64,000 bases of DNA from Oikopleura dioica (Eukaryota; Animalia; Chordata), in NCBI GenBank assembly GCA_907165135.1, contig OU015568.1, forward strand, positions 7,254,001-7,318,000, read 5' to 3'. The translations under genes and the position numbers were made by a program. Under the pieces are notes generated by a model. The model saw nothing but the letters and a program-made list of their open reading frames with translations, had not been told where the DNA came from and ran no database searches. The stretch's first letter is position 1. Each line of letters starts with the position of its first letter. Below, one piece after another: positions 60,998-64,000 of the stretch.

Positions 60998-63467
60998 TCA
61001 TCTCGAAAACGGTCCGGCAGCTAAAAGTACATTGCGGCGAGAATATTGCAATTGACAGATTGGTGAACGCTTCGTTCGGTAGGGTTGGTGGTATCGGTAG
61101 TTTTTCGCGAAACCAGTGGCAGTTGTCGAAACTAAAAAATGGGATGAACGTTGATCTGAGATCGCATTTCTACCTTCTTCATTTTCACTATCAACAAGAA
61201 CTCGGGCAACATCCCAGCTGATGATTTCTCCTTTGATAGTGCCGGCAGTGAGTACGGATCCGCAGCGCGAAAATGTCAGGGCGGTGATATGTTGATGTTG
61301 CACGGGAAGTTTAACAGTTCCCTAATGAGATTAGCTTTCAGTACTTAATTTGACGACTTTAACCTTTTGTTCATCGATTGAAAATCGCGCAACGAGAATC
61401 TCATCAGATTTGGTTGACTTTGACAAGTCCCAGAAAAGAACGTGGCCTCCAATATCCGCTGTGGCCAAGTATTTTCCGCCTTTGAGAATAAAATTAAAAT
61501 TCATTCTAGAGAAGAAAGACTCTTACAAGCACCGGACCAGGAAACTGTAGAAAGGCTGGAACGATGGCCAGTCAGTTGACGAACGCATTTTCCATCGAGA
61601 AGGTCCCAGATTCGGATACAGCGGTCTTCGCCGCCAGTAGCGATGTAATTTCCATTCGGGTGGAATCGGCAAACGGTAACGTCGGAATAATGACCTGCCA
61701 TCATGCGGACTGGGCTTTCTTTGTCAGTCACCCAAACGCTAGGAATTACAAGTTTTCAATCCAACTTGAGTAAGATAATACCGAAGCGATCTATCCATAC
61801 CAGCCGAGCAAAAGTAGTGTCCATAGGGACTAAAGTGAACATCCCAAATGGGCCACATATGTCCTCTATGAACAATCACACAAGTATACACTAGAAGTGA
61901 CCATAGCCTGACTGTGCCATCTTCTCCGCCACTGACCAAAAAGTCCTTTCTCGGAGAAATAGAAACGCCATAGACAGCGCCCGTATGGCCGAGGAGTTTT
62001 CGCGTGGCAGCTTCAGATACTTGAAGAATATTATCGAGCTCAAGGCGATCTTTGTCAAGCATTTCTAGTTGAGGAAGACTTTTGATTTCGCGCAGGTTGT
62101 CGTTGCCGATTGCGTTGACTCTGATACAGCCGTCTTCGAAGCCAGCGGCGAGCACAGTTGAGTCGTCAGAAATTGTGATCGAAGCTGGAAGGCAATCGGG
62201 ATCAGAGTTTAAAACAGAGTAGAATACGCAGCTCAATTTTTGATCCCCTTCAAATGTGATTCACAATTTTCATATACAGAACTCTTACCGGTTAGTTTAA
62301 CGCGATATTCAAGGTCTTTGTAGTACGAAAGCCAATCTGCTTTATCCCCAGCGGTCAGTAGATGTTCCTGAAGTCCAAGAAGCGGAACCCGAGTTGGGTT
62401 GGGTGCATTGGCATCATTTTTTGTCTTTCTCAAGGTTGGAGCTCGAGCTTTTTTCTTCTTTTTGGGCTCGTCTTCCATCAGATCATCTTCTTCTATGTCG
62501 GCAACTTCTGGTTGACGAAGTAAACCAAGTTGGATTTTTGACTAAAAAGATGAATTTCAACCGCAGAGTAGAGCCACCGTTCTTACCTTGTTGGCATCTC
62601 TTTTGCTTCGCCTAACAAGCCTCCGGAAACAGCATCAATCTGCTCTCGCGTTCTCGGAAGCCCGTCAAATTGATCAATGAAGAGATGATCTTCGAGAATA
62701 TCGATTAGCACTTGAATATTTCTATCGTTGATATGTCTCTTCAAACTCAGCAGAGAATCACGAGTCATTCGAATAATAAAATGACGGACTTTGAAAGTAG
62801 TTATCACATCGTTTTGCGCCAGTTGCTTCTTATTTGTAACTGTAGCAAGGCGTCTGATATCTTCAATATATGGAGAGTCTTCGCCAAAGCCCTTGGCGAA
62901 TTCGTTGTAGAAATTGCGACCTTCAATTTCGTAGTTGTTTACTAGCAGTTTTATGTAAATGTGAGCAAAGCAAGGAAACAGCAGTTGTGAAAGCTCAGCG
63001 CGACTCGAATCTTTTCAAGAGTTTGAAAACGAGATCTTCCAAATGATCAGAAATCGAGAAGAAAAACCCTTTCCTAATGATTGATCAACGAATCTCTGCA
63101 GCGCAACATAAGCTTCTTTATACGAGTCTTTATCGGTTTTTGATTCATATTGTCCAAGAACTTGTCTCACATCCGTCTCGATCGTCAAATCTTTTATATC
63201 GTCCTTGTTGATTCCAGTTTCTCGCTCAAGCGCGCCCAGAGCAAAAGTAAGCCCGTGATCTCCAAGTAGTTTCATGATGGATGCGATTTCACGCTTTTCT
63301 TGTGCATTTTTAGGTTCTTTTCTACTGAACTCTTCCGCTTGTGCAGGCTCGAATCCGATTTCTTCAACATCTCTTCCGGTTTCTTCCGGTACCGGAGCAG
63401 CTGGAGCTTCTTCTTTTAACTCCGGAGACTCAACTAGCTCCGGTTTTGGGAGCTCTTCCATATCCAT
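60998..63467 (-). CDS. TAF5: TFIID subunit TAF5 (LisH/NTD2 plus WD40 repeats)
   Basis: RAELSQLLFP NTD2; LLGHTGAVYGVSISP..SGGEDGTVRLWSL; GHMWPIWDVHFSPYGHYFCSAGMDR; GHYSDVTVCRFHPNGNYIATGGEDR; ends YRTKRSPICQLQYSRRNVLLAAG. Confidence 0.95.
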
Positions 63468-63496
63468 ACTAAATTGAAGAAAGTTTCCAAGAGAAT

Positions 63497-64000
63497 TTAG
63501 GTATAGTTGAAATGAAAATTGCCACTAATAACCCCCTTGAACCACCTGAAAGAGTACGAATAGAGTATAATCGCAAGAAAAAGGAAAATACTGGCCCAGA
63601 AGAGCGAAGCAAATACAGAAAATGAACTGTTTTTAAATGAATCGAAAAAGACAAGAACATGTCGCAGTATAACAGCGTCGTCGTTTTGAACAATGACGTA
63701 GGTTTGAGGAGTTTTCGAAGCTGCTGAGGACTTTGACTCGAATTTGACGCCTTTGACACCTTCGGCGACTTCACAAAGAGCGATAGTTCTGATGGATGTT
63801 ACGGTTTTGTCGCCGAACTAGAATCATTTAGAATTTATACGAATTTAAAGTCTTACAGGAAGGTGAACACGCTGCGGAGTAGCAAAGCCCAACGCCACAT
63901 CAATTTCAGTGGAAAGATACGTTCCTTCTCCAAAGGCAGCGCGTTCGTTCAGATTGTTTATCAGACCATGCTGGAGGATTGAATACATATTCTCGCTTTT
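63497..64000 (-). CDS. PARP16: PARP16-like mono-ADP-ribosyltransferase, 3' part with C-terminal TM anchor
   Basis: ENMYSILQHGLINNLNERAAFGEGTYLS; IALCEV; TPQTYVIVQNDDAVILRHVLVF; tail SLFWASIFLFLAIILYSYS; stop at 63497-99. Confidence 0.85.

Noticed and set aside
1-64000. CRISPR arrays, rRNA, tRNA or prokaryote-type systems
   Set aside because: None seen. The repeats are inverted-repeat MITEs or segmental duplicates, not repeat-spacer arrays, and the gene content is metazoan.

Overview
Eukaryotic, AT-rich, very compact animal genomic DNA. Introns are mostly 40-60 bp, there are probable trans-spliced operons, and a highly expressed gene shows strong CGA-Arg bias. These traits best fit the larvacean tunicate Oikopleura (inference). 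Recognisable genes in order: a greatly expanded insulin/IGF-receptor-family gene running off the left edge, DEAF1, DCTN4, EIF5, an SLC22 transporter, a core-2 GCNT, a class-A GPCR, a probable small-gene operon ending in PPP6C, LARP6, a nearly intron-free striated-muscle myosin heavy chain, two orphan ORFs, two intronless Pax3/7-derived genes, and a probable PARP16-TAF5-ARMC6 operon at the right edge. Many short non-autonomous TIR elements are interspersed (hAT-like, piggyBac-like, TTAA-flanked, foldback, and a 6-7 copy AP-1-bearing family). Highlights: (1) a Pax gene with a paired domain plus TWO homeodomains from an exact 300-bp internal duplication, beside a sister copy with rewired DNA-contact residues (R5P, S50K, N51H), both inside a mosaic of shuffled TAF5/ARMC6/orphan fragments; (2) a hAT element inserted in a GPCR coding exon whose own termini supply in-frame GT and AG splice sites, a candidate transposon-born intron; (3) three candidate GA-AG introns sharing an AAAAG acceptor. 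All translations and alignments were done by eye and homologue sequences were recalled from memory. No database search was run.
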